Part shown: in pieces, positions 1 through 11,142 of the stretch
Layout: every line of letters begins with the position of its first letter
Position numbering within the stretch: the first letter of the stretch is position 1
Assembly (NCBI GenBank): GCA_965221955.1
Contig: CBDCTA010000026.1
Coordinates: forward strand, 1-64,000
Reading direction: 5' to 3'
Length of the DNA: 64,000 nt
Source: Gammaproteobacteria bacterium
GTDB lineage: Bacteria > Pseudomonadota > Gammaproteobacteria > UBA4575
The notes under the pieces: model-generated
What the model saw: the letters and a program-made list of their open reading frames with translations, nothing else
Database searches by the model: none
What the model was told of the DNA's origin: nothing
Position numbers and translations under genes: made by a program

Positions 1-855
1 TTACTTGCGCGTTCAGGAAATACAGCAGGGGCATGGTTAGCTGGAATGCTTCCGCATCGTCTGCAAGCTGGAAAAGAGATATCTAATTCTGGGTTGAATG
101 CGCTTGAGATGGTTACATCTCCTAGAAAAGCCTATGTGTTATTTAACTTAGAACCAGAATTTGATTTCACAAATGCCTCAGCAGTCATAGAAGCGATGCA
201 AGCTGCAGATTTTGTTGTGGTTTGTTCTCCTTATATTAATGAACAAATTTTAGAATATGCAGATGTTGTATTGCCGATTGCAACTTTTGCAGAAACTGAT
301 GGAACTTTTGTGAATAATGAGGGACGTTGGCAAAGTATTCGAAAAGCCGTAACGGCTCCTGGAGAAGCGCGTCCAGGTTGGAAAGTATTACGAGTGTTAG
401 CTAATAAATTAGGTTTTGATGAAATTCAATATCAAACCAGTGAAGAAATAAGAGATGAGTTAAAACAAGAGTTTGATAGCAACATTGAATTCAGTAGCCA
501 CCTGCAAGATTTGCAACATGTAAATACTTCAATTGAAGAAAAAACAATATATCGCGTATCAGATTCGCCTATCTATGCAGTGGACAATGTCGTTCGACGT
601 GCTACTTCATTGCAGCAAGCAGTAGAAGATCAACAAGACTACATTGCCATGTCGGAACAACAAGCGATTGAACTAAATGTTCAAAACGAGAAGGCGGTAA
701 GAATTGTTCAAGGCAAGCATGAAGCAACATTGCCTTTACGTATTATTGAAAATATTTCATTTAATTGTGTTTGGATTCAAAGGAGTGCGAAATTAAGTGA
801 CTCTTTAGGCGAGTCCATTGCACCTATAGAAGTACAGAGAACGGCTAATGCTTGA
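1..855 (+). CDS. nuoG: NADH-quinone oxidoreductase subunit G (C-terminal part, 5' truncated by window)
   Basis: Molybdopterin-oxidoreductase-like C-terminus ([38 protein letters not shown]); overlaps the start of nuoH. Confidence 0.93.
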   Translation, partial: LLARSGNTAGAWLAGMLPHRLQAGKEISNSGLNALEMVTSPRKAYVLFNLEPEFDFTNASAVIEAMQAADFVVVCSPYINEQILEYADVVLPIATFAETDGTFVNNEGRWQSIRKAVTAPGEARPGWKVLRVLANKLGFDEIQYQTSEEIRDELKQEFDSNIEFSSHLQDLQHVNTSIEEKTIYRVSDSPIYAVDNVVRRATSLQQAVEDQQDYIAMSEQQAIELNVQNEKAVRIVQGKHEATLPLRIIENISFNCVWIQRSAKLSDSLGESIAPIEVQRTANA

Positions 856-1900
856 GTGGATTCAAAATATACTTGCGTCACTGCCGCCTTTGCTCCTGTT
901 AACGGCTTATATGTTTATCTTTGTGTTGGTGTTATTTGGTTGTGTGGCCTATGTAACCCTAGCTGAGCGTCGTGTGATTGGGTTCATGCAGGTGCGTGTG
1001 GGTCCTAATAGAGTGGGGCCTAAAGGCTTTGGTCAACCGATTGCGGATGCCATGAAACTGATGTTCAAAGAAATGATCTTGCCTAATGATGCAGATCGTT
1101 TCTTATTTCGTTTAGCACCACTGTTATCTATGATTCCAGCACTTGCGGCGTGGGCGGTAATCCCCTTTGCAGATGGTTGGAATTTTGCAGATATTAATGC
1201 AGGATTACTTTATCTCTTAGCCATGACTTCGCTTGGAGTTTATGGTGTGATCGTTGCAGGTTGGGCTTCAAACTCTAAGTATGCTTTGTTGGGTGCATTA
1301 CGGTCCGCTGCACAAATTGTTGCCTATGAAATTGCTATGGGCTTTGCATTGGTGGGTGTGCTTATGGCAAGTGGAAGTTTGAATTTAGGTGACATCGTTA
1401 ACGCACAAAAAGGCAGTATTTTTCATTGGTATTGGTTGCCGCTATTGCCTTTATTTTTAACCTACTTGATTTCTGGTGTAGCTGAAACCAATCGTGCCCC
1501 TTTTGATGTGGTTGAAGGTGAATCTGAAATCGTTGCGGGCTTCCATGTTGAATATTCAGGTATGGGTTTTGCACTGTTCTTTTTAGCTGAATATGCAAAT
1601 ATTATTTTAATTTCAGCATTAACCGCTTTGTTATTCCTTGGTGGTTGGTTAAGTCCGTTTCCTGAAAGTTGGGCCAGTATTCCTTATATAGGGTTGCTGT
1701 TAGGCGATGGTCCGCACATGTTTATTGCCAAGACTTGCTTCTTTATTTTTTGTTTTCTTTGGTTTCGTGCCACGTTCCCACGTTATCGTTATGACCAGAT
1801 CATGCGTCTAGGTTGGAAAATTTTATTACCGGTAACTTTAATTTGGATATTTGTTGAGGGTGTGTTGTTGTATTTTGAAGTATCACCTTGGTTTGATTAA
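848..1900 (+). CDS. nuoH: NADH-quinone oxidoreductase subunit H
   Basis: [49 protein letters not shown] motifs. Confidence 0.98.
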   Translation: MLEWIQNILASLPPLLLLTAYMFIFVLVLFGCVAYVTLAERRVIGFMQVRVGPNRVGPKGFGQPIADAMKLMFKEMILPNDADRFLFRLAPLLSMIPALAAWAVIPFADGWNFADINAGLLYLLAMTSLGVYGVIVAGWASNSKYALLGALRSAAQIVAYEIAMGFALVGVLMASGSLNLGDIVNAQKGSIFHWYWLPLLPLFLTYLISGVAETNRAPFDVVEGESEIVAGFHVEYSGMGFALFFLAEYANIILISALTALLFLGGWLSPFPESWASIPYIGLLLGDGPHMFIAKTCFFIFCFLWFRATFPRYRYDQIMRLGWKILLPVTLIWIFVEGVLLYFEVSPWFD

Positions 1901-1902
1901 TA

Positions 1903-2391
1903 ATGAAAGCACTTATCAATATTGTTAAAAGTTTTACCTTGTTTGAGCTACTCAAAGGGATGAGTTTGACAGGTAAACGTTTTGCGTCCAAAAAATTTAC
2001 CATTCAATACCCAGAAGAAAAGACACCTCAGTCACCACGCTTTAGAGGTTTACATGCATTGCGAAGATATCCAAGCGGAGAAGAACGCTGTATTGGTTGT
2101 AAACTTTGTGAAGCAGTTTGTCCTGCATTAGCGATAACGATTGATACAGAAGAGCGTGAAGATGGTAGTCGGCGTACGACGCGTTATGACATTGATTTAT
2201 TTAAATGTGTGTATTGCGGTTTTTGTGAAGAAGCATGTCCTGTAGATGCCATTGTAGAAACAAGAGTGTTTGAGTATGCCTTCTTTGAGCGTGGTACACA
2301 GGTGATGAAAAAAGATATGTTGCTTGAAGTAGGTAGAAAACACGAAGAACAAATTGCAAGTGACCGTCAAGTAGATGCTCAGTATAGGTAA
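1903..2391 (+). CDS. nuoI: NADH-quinone oxidoreductase subunit I
   Basis: Two CxxCxxCxxxCP 4Fe-4S motifs; YPEEK..SPRFRG. Confidence 0.98.
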   Translation: MKALINIVKSFTLFELLKGMSLTGKRFASKKFTIQYPEEKTPQSPRFRGLHALRRYPSGEERCIGCKLCEAVCPALAITIDTEEREDGSRRTTRYDIDLFKCVYCGFCEEACPVDAIVETRVFEYAFFERGTQVMKKDMLLEVGRKHEEQIASDRQVDAQYR

Positions 2392-2401
2392 TTATTAATA
2401 A

Positions 2402-2986
2402 ATGCTAATTCAAACTACCGTTTTTTATTTTTTTGCAGCCATCTTGGTGATGTCTGCTTTGGCAATGATTACCGTACGTAATCCTGTGCATGCAGCTTTA
2501 TTTCTTGTGCTTGCGTTTTTTACTAGTGGGGCATTATGGATTTTGCTAGAAGCAGAATTTCTCGGCATTACATTGGTTTTAGTTTATGTAGGTGCCGTAA
2601 TGGTGCTGTTCTTATTTGTGGTCATGATGCTGGATATCAATATAGCAAAAATGCGCGCTGGCTACGCAAAATACTTGCCTGTAGGGCTGATTGTGGGTGC
2701 AGCGATGGCTGCCGAGATGATCATAATCTTAAGCAAATCTAACTTTGAGCATGCGCAAGTGAGTGCAAAGCCGGCTGACTACAGTAATACACAAGAACTA
2801 GGCGAATTACTTTTTACTGAATATGTATATCCGTTTGAGATTGCAGGTGTAATTTTACTCGTCGCAATTATTGCAGCTATTACATTAACGATGCGTAAAC
2901 GCACAGTATCAAAGCATCAAAAGCCACATCAGCAAATTAGTGCGAATAAAAAAGAACGTGTGAAACTAGTTGACATAGAAAAATAA
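2402..2986 (+). CDS. nuoJ: NADH-quinone oxidoreductase subunit J
   Basis: NPVHAAL, VYVGAVMVLFLFVVMML, YPFE motifs; operon position. Confidence 0.97.
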   Translation: MLIQTTVFYFFAAILVMSALAMITVRNPVHAALFLVLAFFTSGALWILLEAEFLGITLVLVYVGAVMVLFLFVVMMLDINIAKMRAGYAKYLPVGLIVGAAMAAEMIIILSKSNFEHAQVSAKPADYSNTQELGELLFTEYVYPFEIAGVILLVAIIAAITLTMRKRTVSKHQKPHQQISANKKERVKLVDIEK

Positions 2987-3000
2987 TAACTTAAAAAATA

Positions 3001-3306
3001 ATGATTACATTGACACATTTCCTTGTGCTGGGGGCTATTCTATTCTCGATCAGTATTGCGGGCATCTTTCTAAATAGAAAGAACGTCATTCTATTGTTGA
3101 TGGCAATTGAATTAATGTTGTTAGCAGTGAATATGAATTTTGTTGCCTTCTCTCATTACTTGGATGATTTATCTGGCCAAGTATTTGTGTTTTTCATTCT
3201 CACGGTCGCTGCAGCTGAAGCGGCAATTGGTTTAGCTATTTTAGTTGTACTGTATCGAAATCGATCCACGATCAATGTACAAGACCTTGAAAATTTAAAG
3301 GGCTAA
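3001..3306 (+). CDS. nuoK: NADH-quinone oxidoreductase subunit K
   Basis: [20 protein letters not shown] motifs. Confidence 0.98.
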   Translation: MITLTHFLVLGAILFSISIAGIFLNRKNVILLLMAIELMLLAVNMNFVAFSHYLDDLSGQVFVFFILTVAAAEAAIGLAILVVLYRNRSTINVQDLENLKG

Positions 3307-3309
3307 ACC

Positions 3310-5289
3310 ATGGGTAGCATGAAAACGCTTTGTTTAATTATCGTATTAGCGCCTTTAATTGCTGCGATGATTGCGGGTTTATTTGGTCGTGTAATTGGTC
3401 GTAGTGGGGCACATTGGATAACGATAATAGGCGTAGCGATTTCGTTCATTCTGAGTTGCATTGTATTTAAGCAAATTATTTTTGATCAGGTCGCTCCTGC
3501 ATCATTCGATATCTATCAATGGTTAAGTTTGGGTGAGTTAACTTTTAAAGTAGGCTTTTTAATTGATGCGTTAACCGTCACAATGATGGTAGTAGTGACC
3601 TTTGTATCCTTAATGGTTCATATCTACACCATTGGATACATGCATGACGACCCAGGTTACCAACGCTTCTTCTCGTATATTTCATTATTTACCTTTTCTA
3701 TGCTCATGCTAGTAATGGCAAATAACTTTATGCAGTTATTTTTTGGTTGGGAAGCAGTAGGACTAGTTTCGTATTTATTAATCGGGTTTTGGTATACAAG
3801 AGATAGTGCAATATTTGCCAATCTGAAAGCATTCTTAGTCAATCGGGTGGGTGACTTTGGTTTTATTCTCGGTATTGCTGCTGTACTTGCAGTATTTAGC
3901 AGTTTGGATTATGAAGCCGTATTTTCTCAAGCACCTTTAATTAACACTCAAACATTTTCAATTACAGAAAATATTCAATGGCCGGTGATGACGGTTATTT
4001 GTTTATTGTTATTTGTAGGCGCGATGGGTAAATCTGCTCAAGTACCATTACATGTGTGGTTACCAGATTCAATGGAAGGCCCAACGCCTATCTCCGCGTT
4101 AATTCATGCTGCAACAATGGTCACTGCCGGTATTTTTATGGTGGCACGCATGTCGCCATTATTTGAACTAAGCGAAACTGCGTTGTCTGTGGTTTTAATT
4201 ATCGGTGCAATCACGGCATTCTTTATGGGTTTAATTGGTATCGTGCAAAATGATATCAAGCGCGTGATCGCATATTCTACGCTTTCACAACTCGGTTATA
4301 TGACAGTTGCATTAGGCGCTTCGGCTTATTCGATTGCAATTTTCCATTTATTTACGCATGCCTTTTTTAAAGCACTTCTGTTCTTAGGTGCGGGTTCCGT
4401 CATCGTCGCATTGCATCATGAACAAGACATGCTAAAAATGGGTGGGTTAAAAAAATATATGCCCATTACATATTGGACTATGTTTATAGGTACCTTGGCA
4501 CTTATTGGTACTCCTTTCTTCGCAGGCTTTTATTCAAAAGATGCCATTATTGAGGCGGTGAAATATTCCAATGTTTTTGGTCATCAATTTGCCTACTGGA
4601 TGGTGTTGGGTGGAGTTTTTGTAACAGCATTTTATTCCTTCCGTTTATTGTTCTTAACTTTCCATGGTGAAAGTCGTATGGATAAACATACTGAAGAGCA
4701 TGTAAAAGAATCGTCAAAAGTGATTACTATTCCGCTCATATTGTTGGCCATTCCGTCCATAGTAGCGGGATATTTTATTGGCAGCATCGCGCTAGGTGAT
4801 TATTTTGCAGACAGTATTTTTGTAGCGCAAACGCATCCTGCAATCCAAGAGCTACAATCGCACTTTCACGGAGTGATTAAGTTTACAACACACGCTTTTG
4901 TAGCACCGACGATTTACTTAGCCGCTCTAGGAGTTTTCCTAGCGTGGTTTATATATATCTACAGACCTCAACTAGCAGAATCGCTCAAACAAAAATTTAG
5001 TACTTTGCATACATTCTTATATAACAAGTATGGCATTGATGAGTTATATCAAGCTTTATTTGCAACAGGATTTAAAAAGATAGGTGCTTTTTGTGATTCC
5101 TTCGGTGATCGTTTGCTAATAGACGGTTTGGTGGTGAATGGTTCAGCAAAAATTGTCAATTGGTTCTCATCTAAAGTGCGTGGTATTCAAACCGGTTATC
5201 TATACCACTATGCTTTTGCCATGATTATTGGCTTATTAATATTCATGACGATGTTGATTGTAAATAGTGGAATCTTTTCACAGCGCTAG
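3310..5289 (+). CDS. nuoL: NADH-quinone oxidoreductase subunit L
   Basis: GWEAVGLVSYLLIGFW, GKSAQVPLHVWLPDSMEGPTPISALIHAATMV, THAFFKALLFL. Confidence 0.98.
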   Translation: MGSMKTLCLIIVLAPLIAAMIAGLFGRVIGRSGAHWITIIGVAISFILSCIVFKQIIFDQVAPASFDIYQWLSLGELTFKVGFLIDALTVTMMVVVTFVSLMVHIYTIGYMHDDPGYQRFFSYISLFTFSMLMLVMANNFMQLFFGWEAVGLVSYLLIGFWYTRDSAIFANLKAFLVNRVGDFGFILGIAAVLAVFSSLDYEAVFSQAPLINTQTFSITENIQWPVMTVICLLLFVGAMGKSAQVPLHVWLPDSMEGPTPISALIHAATMVTAGIFMVARMSPLFELSETALSVVLIIGAITAFFMGLIGIVQNDIKRVIAYSTLSQLGYMTVALGASAYSIAIFHLFTHAFFKALLFLGAGSVIVALHHEQDMLKMGGLKKYMPITYWTMFIGTLALIGTPFFAGFYSKDAIIEAVKYSNVFGHQFAYWMVLGGVFVTAFYSFRLLFLTFHGESRMDKHTEEHVKESSKVITIPLILLAIPSIVAGYFIGSIALGDYFADSIFVAQTHPAIQELQSHFHGVIKFTTHAFVAPTIYLAALGVFLAWFIYIYRPQLAESLKQKFSTLHTFLYNKYGIDELYQALFATGFKKIGAFCDSFGDRLLIDGLVVNGSAKIVNWFSSKVRGIQTGYLYHYAFAMIIGLLIFMTMLIVNSGIFSQR

Positions 5290-5291
5290 CA

Positions 5292-6803
5292 ATGTTTAAT
5301 TCTTTACCTATATTAAGCACACTCATTTGGCTGCCAATATTTGGTGGCTTGCTCGTGCTTGCTGCAAAAAAAGTATCTATCCCAGCCACTCGTTGGCTGT
5401 CATTGCTAATCTCTATAGCGACTTTCTTAGTAAGTTTGGTGCTGATTAAAGGCTTTGATAGCAGTCAACATGCTATGCAGTTTTATGAGCAAATGCCATG
5501 GATAGAAACCTTTAATATTTTTTATGCGTTAGGTGTTGATGGCATCGCCGTACCATTAATTCTTTTAACTACTGTGGTCACGGTGCTCGTTATTATTGCC
5601 GGGTGGGAAGTCTCTAAAGAACGTATAGCAGAATATTTTGCGGCATTTCTAATCCTTGAAGGCTTAATGATTGGTGTTTTTTGTGCATTAGACGCCATTC
5701 TTTTTTATATCTTCTTCGAGGGCATGCTCATTCCAATGTTTTTAATTATTGGAATGTGGGGTGGTCCAAGAAGAGTCTATGCAACAATTAAATTCTTTTT
5801 GTATACATTTTTTGGTTCGGTGTTCTTATTAATTGCACTGATTTATTTATATTTAACTGCAGGTACGTTTGAGATCGCTGCGTTACAACTCACCAAGTTT
5901 GATCAAACACAACAGTTGTTTTTGTTTTTAGCCTTCTTCATTGCCTTCGCAGTTAAAATTCCAATGTGGCCTGTACATACCTGGTTGCCGGATGCTCACG
6001 TTGAGGCTCCTACCGGTGGCTCGGTAATCTTGGCGGCCATCATGTTGAAAGTGGGTGGTTATGGGTTTTTGCGCTTTAGTATTCCCATTACACCTTATGC
6101 AAGTAGTCAACTTGCGTATTTAATTATCGCGATATCGCTTGTTGCAGTGGTGTATATCGGCTTTGTAGCTTTGGCGCAACGAGACATGAAAAAACTCATT
6201 GCCTATTCATCGATTGCGCATATGGGTTTCGTCACTCTTGGTTTCTTTGTCATCTTTAAATTAACCTTAGACAACAGTTCTTATTCTGAACTTGCACTAC
6301 AAGGTGGCATGGTGCAAATGATTTCACATGGTTTTATTTCTGGCGCAATGTTTTTATGTGTGGGTGTTTTATATGACCGCATGCATAGTCGACAAATTGC
6401 AGATTATGGGGGTGTAGTTAATACCATGCCTAAATTTGCGACCTTCTTTGTATTGTTCGCCATGGCAAATGCGGGTTTACCTGGTACATCAGGGTTTGTG
6501 GGTGAATTCATGGTGATTCTGGCTAGCTTCAAAGCCAATGTTTGGTTTGCGTTCTTAGCGGCTACAACTTTAATTCTGGGTGCGGCGTACACACTTTGGA
6601 TGATTAAACGTGTGGTATTTGGCGCCATTGCAAATGATGAAGTCGCAAAGTTAAGTGATATTAATATGCGTGAGTTTTTCTGCTTGTTCGTGCTTGCCCT
6701 TTTAGTGCTTTGGCTCGGGCTTTGGCCAGCCCCTCTCATTGAAATGATGGATGCTTCAGTAACGCATTTATTGTATCAAGCTCAACTAACAAACCTTCCA
6801 TAA
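5292..6803 (+). CDS. nuoM: NADH-quinone oxidoreductase subunit M
   Basis: KIPMWPVHTWLPDAHVEAPTGGSV, KKLIAYSSIAHMG, GLPGTSGFVGEF. Confidence 0.98.
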   Translation: MFNSLPILSTLIWLPIFGGLLVLAAKKVSIPATRWLSLLISIATFLVSLVLIKGFDSSQHAMQFYEQMPWIETFNIFYALGVDGIAVPLILLTTVVTVLVIIAGWEVSKERIAEYFAAFLILEGLMIGVFCALDAILFYIFFEGMLIPMFLIIGMWGGPRRVYATIKFFLYTFFGSVFLLIALIYLYLTAGTFEIAALQLTKFDQTQQLFLFLAFFIAFAVKIPMWPVHTWLPDAHVEAPTGGSVILAAIMLKVGGYGFLRFSIPITPYASSQLAYLIIAISLVAVVYIGFVALAQRDMKKLIAYSSIAHMGFVTLGFFVIFKLTLDNSSYSELALQGGMVQMISHGFISGAMFLCVGVLYDRMHSRQIADYGGVVNTMPKFATFFVLFAMANAGLPGTSGFVGEFMVILASFKANVWFAFLAATTLILGAAYTLWMIKRVVFGAIANDEVAKLSDINMREFFCLFVLALLVLWLGLWPAPLIEMMDASVTHLLYQAQLTNLP

Positions 6804-6812
6804 GAAAAGCAA

Positions 6813-8297
6813 ATGGAAAACCTAGAATTACAATCTATCCAATCTGTTTCATATGTATTCGTTTTTTTGATTCGATCTTTGATGATTATGCCCGAGATAG
6901 CGTTACTGCTTGCTGCGTCCGCAATATTAATAGTGAGTTTGTTTTTAGGTCGTAAGAGCGAATTTATTACATATATCTTAAGTTTGGCTACACTGCTAGG
7001 TGTGGGTTTGTTAGTTTTTCGTACCAGAAGATACGATGACGTTATGCTGTTTGGTGATCTATACGTAGCAGATGACCTTGCAAAATTTATTAAGCTGCTC
7101 GTTTGTGTGGCTGTTGCGGTTATTTTTGTTTATGCGCGTCCTTATCTAGTAAATCGAAATTACGCAAAACCTGAATTTTACATTTTGGGTTTGTTTGCCA
7201 CGCTTGGCATGATGGTTATGGCCTCTGCGCAAAACTTCATCACGATTTACTTAGGTTTAGAGCTGCTTTCCTTGTGTATGTATGCACTTGTTGCCTATGT
7301 GCGGGATTCCAACGACGCTTCTGAAGCTGCTATCAAATATTTTGTATTGGGCGCCATTGCTTCGGGTATGTTGTTATATGGCATGTCGATCATGTACGGA
7401 ATTTCGGGCTCCTTAAGTTTGAACGAAATTGGCGCTTATCTAGTAAATGTAGAAGAAATCAGTATTGGTTTAATATTTGCATTAACGTTTATTGTGGTAG
7501 GCGTTGCCTTTAAATTTGGTGCCGTACCGTTCCATATGTGGGTGCCTGATGTGTATCAAGGTGCGCCAACAGCGGTAACGCTTTTCATCGCTACCGCACC
7601 AAAATTTGCTGCATTTGTAATGGCTTTTCGTTTGCTAAGCGATGGCTTGCAACCACTGCATATTGATTGGCAACAGATGCTCATTATTCTTGCAGTTTTA
7701 TCATTAATTTTTGGCAACGTGATTGCAATTACGCAAACTCACATTAAACGTATGTTGGCGTATTCTACCATCTCGCATATTGGGTTTGTGTTGCTTGGGT
7801 TGTTATCAGGAGAAAATTTTGGTTACGCCGCTTCACTATTTTATACAGCGATATATGTGTTGATGGCGGCAGGCGCATTTGGTGTTTTGTTGTCTCTTAA
7901 CAATAAAAATATTAATGTAGATGTAGATGAATTAACGGATTTGAAAGGCTTAAGTCAGACCCATCCATGGATGGCATTCATCATGTTGCTGTTAATGTTT
8001 TCCATGGCGGGTATGCCATTAACTGTAGGCTTTTATGCAAAACTCTATGTGTTGCAAAGCTTGGTATATAACGACTTTATCTGGTTAGCGATCTTAGCCG
8101 TAGTGATGTCAATCGTGGGTGCTTATTATTATTTGCGTGTAATTAAGTTTATGTATTTTGATCAGGTAGAAGACGCGCTGACTTCACAAAATACACTTAT
8201 TGCTTCAACAGTGTTATCAGTGAATGGCTTGCTGATTGTTGGGTTGTTTATTTTTCCTAATTACTTATTGAACTATTGTGTGAGAGTTTTTGGCTGA
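6813..8297 (+). CDS. nuoN: NADH-quinone oxidoreductase subunit N
   Basis: EAAIKYFVLG, FKFGAVPFHMWVPDVYQGAPT, KRMLAYSTISH. Confidence 0.97.
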   Translation: MENLELQSIQSVSYVFVFLIRSLMIMPEIALLLAASAILIVSLFLGRKSEFITYILSLATLLGVGLLVFRTRRYDDVMLFGDLYVADDLAKFIKLLVCVAVAVIFVYARPYLVNRNYAKPEFYILGLFATLGMMVMASAQNFITIYLGLELLSLCMYALVAYVRDSNDASEAAIKYFVLGAIASGMLLYGMSIMYGISGSLSLNEIGAYLVNVEEISIGLIFALTFIVVGVAFKFGAVPFHMWVPDVYQGAPTAVTLFIATAPKFAAFVMAFRLLSDGLQPLHIDWQQMLIILAVLSLIFGNVIAITQTHIKRMLAYSTISHIGFVLLGLLSGENFGYAASLFYTAIYVLMAAGAFGVLLSLNNKNINVDVDELTDLKGLSQTHPWMAFIMLLLMFSMAGMPLTVGFYAKLYVLQSLVYNDFIWLAILAVVMSIVGAYYYLRVIKFMYFDQVEDALTSQNTLIASTVLSVNGLLIVGLFIFPNYLLNYCVRVFG

Positions 8298-8304
8298 TTA
8301 TCAA

Positions 8305-8382
8305 ATTGTCTGCTACGACCACCATGTATGGTGGAGGTGCAGAAATTGCAGGAGCAAATTTCTGTCAACCCAAAGCGGACTT
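8305..8382 (+). repeat. Palindromic cassette site (type B core) split by a ~47-bp two-hairpin insert
   Basis: Left half ATTGTCTGCTACGACC (8305-8320) and right half ACCCAAAGCGGACTT (8368-8382) match the intact copy at 11630-11659. Confidence 0.65.
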
Positions 8383-8587
8383 ACATCCATTATTATGGGA
8401 ATATTCTCGGGCTCAGACTCAGCATGGATATGCAAAATATTACACATTGAATTATCTGCCATCATTCATAATATTAATTAGTCAGGAAAATTTTTTATTA
8501 ATGCTTCGTTCATAATAAATTGCCAATACCTCTGGTTTTGGGCTATAAAACTAGCTCATAGAAAATATCAAATAGCGTAAAGTATAT

Positions 8588-10330
8588 ATGGAAGACCTAA
8601 GGCTGCATGATGCTGTTGTTTTTCTTGCTGCAGCAGGTCTTGTGATTCCTTTTGCAAAGCGGTTGAGAATAAGTCCTGTACTAGGGTTTATGCTTATCGG
8701 ATTGGCAGTAGGACCGTATGGTCTTGCAAGATTTGCAGAGCAATATAGTTGGTTAAATTATTTTTTAATTACGGATGTTGAAGGTGTTCGAGCTTTAGCG
8801 GAACTAGGTATTGTTTTCTTGTTATTTATGATTGGACTAGAGTTGTCTTTTGAGCGACTCTGGAGACTTCGTTACTTAGTATTTGGTTTAGGTTCGTCAC
8901 AAATAATAGTTACTGGAATTATTATTGGTGGCATTGCTTGGGCTTTTGGTAATTCTGTACAAGCTTCCGTCATATTAGGAAGCTGTCTTGCGCTCTCTTC
9001 TACAGCCATTGTTGTTCAGTTATTAGTAGAACACGGTCGTTTTGGTAGTACGGTTGGTCATGGCAGTTTTGCTGTTCTTCTTGCCCAAGATCTTGCGGTT
9101 GTTCCTATCTTGTTTGTAGTCAGCACATTTGGTGCATACACAAGTGATTCTCTAATTTGGTCATTAATATTGGCATTTGGTGAAGCGATCATTGCCGTTT
9201 TGATAATCTTAAGTGTTGGTCGTTTATTGGTTCGACCTTTGTTTCGATTTGTTGGGTCAACAGATAGCCCAGAACTCTTTATGGCTGTGACATTGTTAAC
9301 AATCATCGCAACCGCCTTTGCCACTCACACTGCTGGTCTATCTGCGGCTCTGGGAGCATTCCTTGCCGGGCTTCTACTTGCTGAAACCGAATTTAGTCAC
9401 GAAATCGAGATTAATGTTGAGCCATTCAAGGGATTACTACTTGGCTTATTTTTCATGTCTGTTGCAATGGGCATTGATTTGACTGAAATATTGGCTGAAC
9501 CCGTTTGGATTCTTTTATCTGTATTAGGATTATTTTTAATTAAGTCTCTAGTCACAGCCGGGCTTGCTCGTGTTTTCGGTTTTAGTTGGGCGCAAGCATC
9601 TGAGATGGGACTGCTCCTAGGCCAAGGAGGTGAATTTGCATTTGTAGTGGTTGGTATGGCATTGAGTCTCACTTTACTACCTGAATCCACGGGGCAATTT
9701 ATGCTTATTGTAGTGAGCGTTACGATGTTTCTCACTCCTTTTGTAGCACGAATCGCAAAGAGCCTGGGCGCATTAATAGAAGAGCATACACGACCCACTA
9801 ATGAGCAAGTAGAAATAATTCCACACTTAACTAATCACGTCATAATTGTAGGTTTTGGGCGCACAGGTCAATTATTGGCATCTCTATGTGATCATCAGCA
9901 AATTGAACACATTGCTCTTGATCTAGATGCAACACGTGTTGCAAATTCAAGAGAGCAAGGTGTTCCAGTTTATCTTGGTGATGCAAGTCGTGTTGCAATG
10001 TTACAGAAAATTGGACTAAAACAAGCAGCAGTACTAGCAATTTGTACAGATGACCCTCTTGCGACCGAGCAAGTATTGCGTGCTGCACGCCAAGTTTCAC
10101 CTAGTGTTTCAATCATTGTAAGAGTTCATAATAGTGCACATGCATCAAATCTGTTGGGACAAGGTGCAACTGAAGCTGTTCCTGAAGTTTTAGAATCAGG
10201 TCTTCAGCTAGGACAATTGATGCTGGAAGAGATTGGCCTAGCAACTAATGCAGCTCGTGACATCGTTGATGCGCAACGAGCAGAGATTATGCATGAATTA
10301 CATAAATCGATTTCTAATTTGAATCAATAA
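8588..10330 (+). CDS. KefB/KefC-family CPA2 K+/H+ antiporter with C-terminal TrkA-N (KTN) domain
   Basis: AELGIVFLLFMIGLELS, LSSTAIV, QDLAVVP, EPFKGLLLGLFF, QGGEFAFV, IIVGFGRTG. Confidence 0.92.
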   Translation: MEDLRLHDAVVFLAAAGLVIPFAKRLRISPVLGFMLIGLAVGPYGLARFAEQYSWLNYFLITDVEGVRALAELGIVFLLFMIGLELSFERLWRLRYLVFGLGSSQIIVTGIIIGGIAWAFGNSVQASVILGSCLALSSTAIVVQLLVEHGRFGSTVGHGSFAVLLAQDLAVVPILFVVSTFGAYTSDSLIWSLILAFGEAIIAVLIILSVGRLLVRPLFRFVGSTDSPELFMAVTLLTIIATAFATHTAGLSAALGAFLAGLLLAETEFSHEIEINVEPFKGLLLGLFFMSVAMGIDLTEILAEPVWILLSVLGLFLIKSLVTAGLARVFGFSWAQASEMGLLLGQGGEFAFVVVGMALSLTLLPESTGQFMLIVVSVTMFLTPFVARIAKSLGALIEEHTRPTNEQVEIIPHLTNHVIIVGFGRTGQLLASLCDHQQIEHIALDLDATRVANSREQGVPVYLGDASRVAMLQKIGLKQAAVLAICTDDPLATEQVLRAARQVSPSVSIIVRVHNSAHASNLLGQGATEAVPEVLESGLQLGQLMLEEIGLATNAARDIVDAQRAEIMHELHKSISNLNQ

Positions 10331-10392
10331 GGCAATCTGCATTTCATTGAAAACGATTCATCATCATACAATTACATTACAGTTACGATTGT

Positions 10393-10581
10393 ATGTCCGT
10401 TATTAGCCGAAAGGAGACAAAAATTAAAATTGATTGGTTTTCAACGTTACTAGTTACTTTACTTTTAGCAACATTGTTAGCATTTTTCACTGGAATTTTC
10501 CCGTATCCTTATGGTTGGATTATTCTTACAATTGTGCTCATAGCTAGACTAACTGCTAACTATAGAAAAAATGATCGCTAA
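10393..10581 (+). CDS. Small two-TM hypothetical membrane protein (cassette)
   Basis: 62 aa, two hydrophobic segments; TAA stop lies inside the downstream palindromic site. Confidence 0.65.
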   Translation: MSVISRKETKIKIDWFSTLLVTLLLATLLAFFTGIFPYPYGWIILTIVLIARLTANYRKNDR

Positions 10582-10599
10582 CGATCCAAAGCGGACATT
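10570..10599 (+). repeat. 30-bp palindromic cassette site, type B core
   Basis: AATGATCGCT-AACGATCCAA-AGCGGACATT. Confidence 0.85.
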
Positions 10600-10636
10600 T
10601 AATATTTAAATAATTCTTTATATAAAGGATGGCTTT

Positions 10637-11077
10637 ATGTCTTCTAAAGCAACAGCATTATTAATAGGTGGATTTTTACCTGCATTTATTTATGGTGGGT
10701 CAGCTATTTTTCAAAAGTTCAGCACAAATGTTGGTATAAGTATATCAACGTATCTTGTTGCAGTTGGTTTAGGGGTTGCTATTGCAGGGTTAGGATTTTA
10801 TTTTTTTGACAATACAGCCCCTTTTTCAATTAAAGCAAGCTCATTTGCAAGCTTATTCGGTTTGACATGGGGAATAGCAAGCGGATTAGTAGCCTATTCA
10901 TTGCTTCATTTTAATATACCAATATCTCAATTAGTTCCCTTATATAATATGAATACACTAATTGCTGTATTGCTGGCTTTGGTGATCTTTAGCGAATGGA
11001 AAGATATACATACAGTAAAATTATTAGTCGGTAGTGTCTTAATCGTATTTGGTGCTATTTTTGTAGCAAATGCCTAA
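10637..11077 (+). CDS. EamA/DMT-like small membrane transporter (cassette)
   Basis: 146 aa, ~5 TM segments, ISQLVPLYNMNTLIAVLLALVIFSE typical of DMT half-transporters; AAGGA RBS. Confidence 0.75.
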   Translation: MSSKATALLIGGFLPAFIYGGSAIFQKFSTNVGISISTYLVAVGLGVAIAGLGFYFFDNTAPFSIKASSFASLFGLTWGIASGLVAYSLLHFNIPISQLVPLYNMNTLIAVLLALVIFSEWKDIHTVKLLVGSVLIVFGAIFVANA

Positions 11078-11083
11078 CGTTTA

Positions 11084-11113
11084 TGAATCCGCTAATGGCC
11101 GAAAGCGGACATT
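11084..11113 (+). repeat. 30-bp palindromic cassette site, type A core
   Basis: TGAATCCGCT-AATGGCCGAA-AGCGGACATT. Confidence 0.85.
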
Positions 11114-11142
11114 ATGACTTGCTAAGTACAAATATAATTAAA

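Noticed and set aside
8276-8515. ORFs 8276-8515 and 8290-8481
   Set aside because: They overlap the nuoN end and run through the split repeat; no RBS or recognisable motif.
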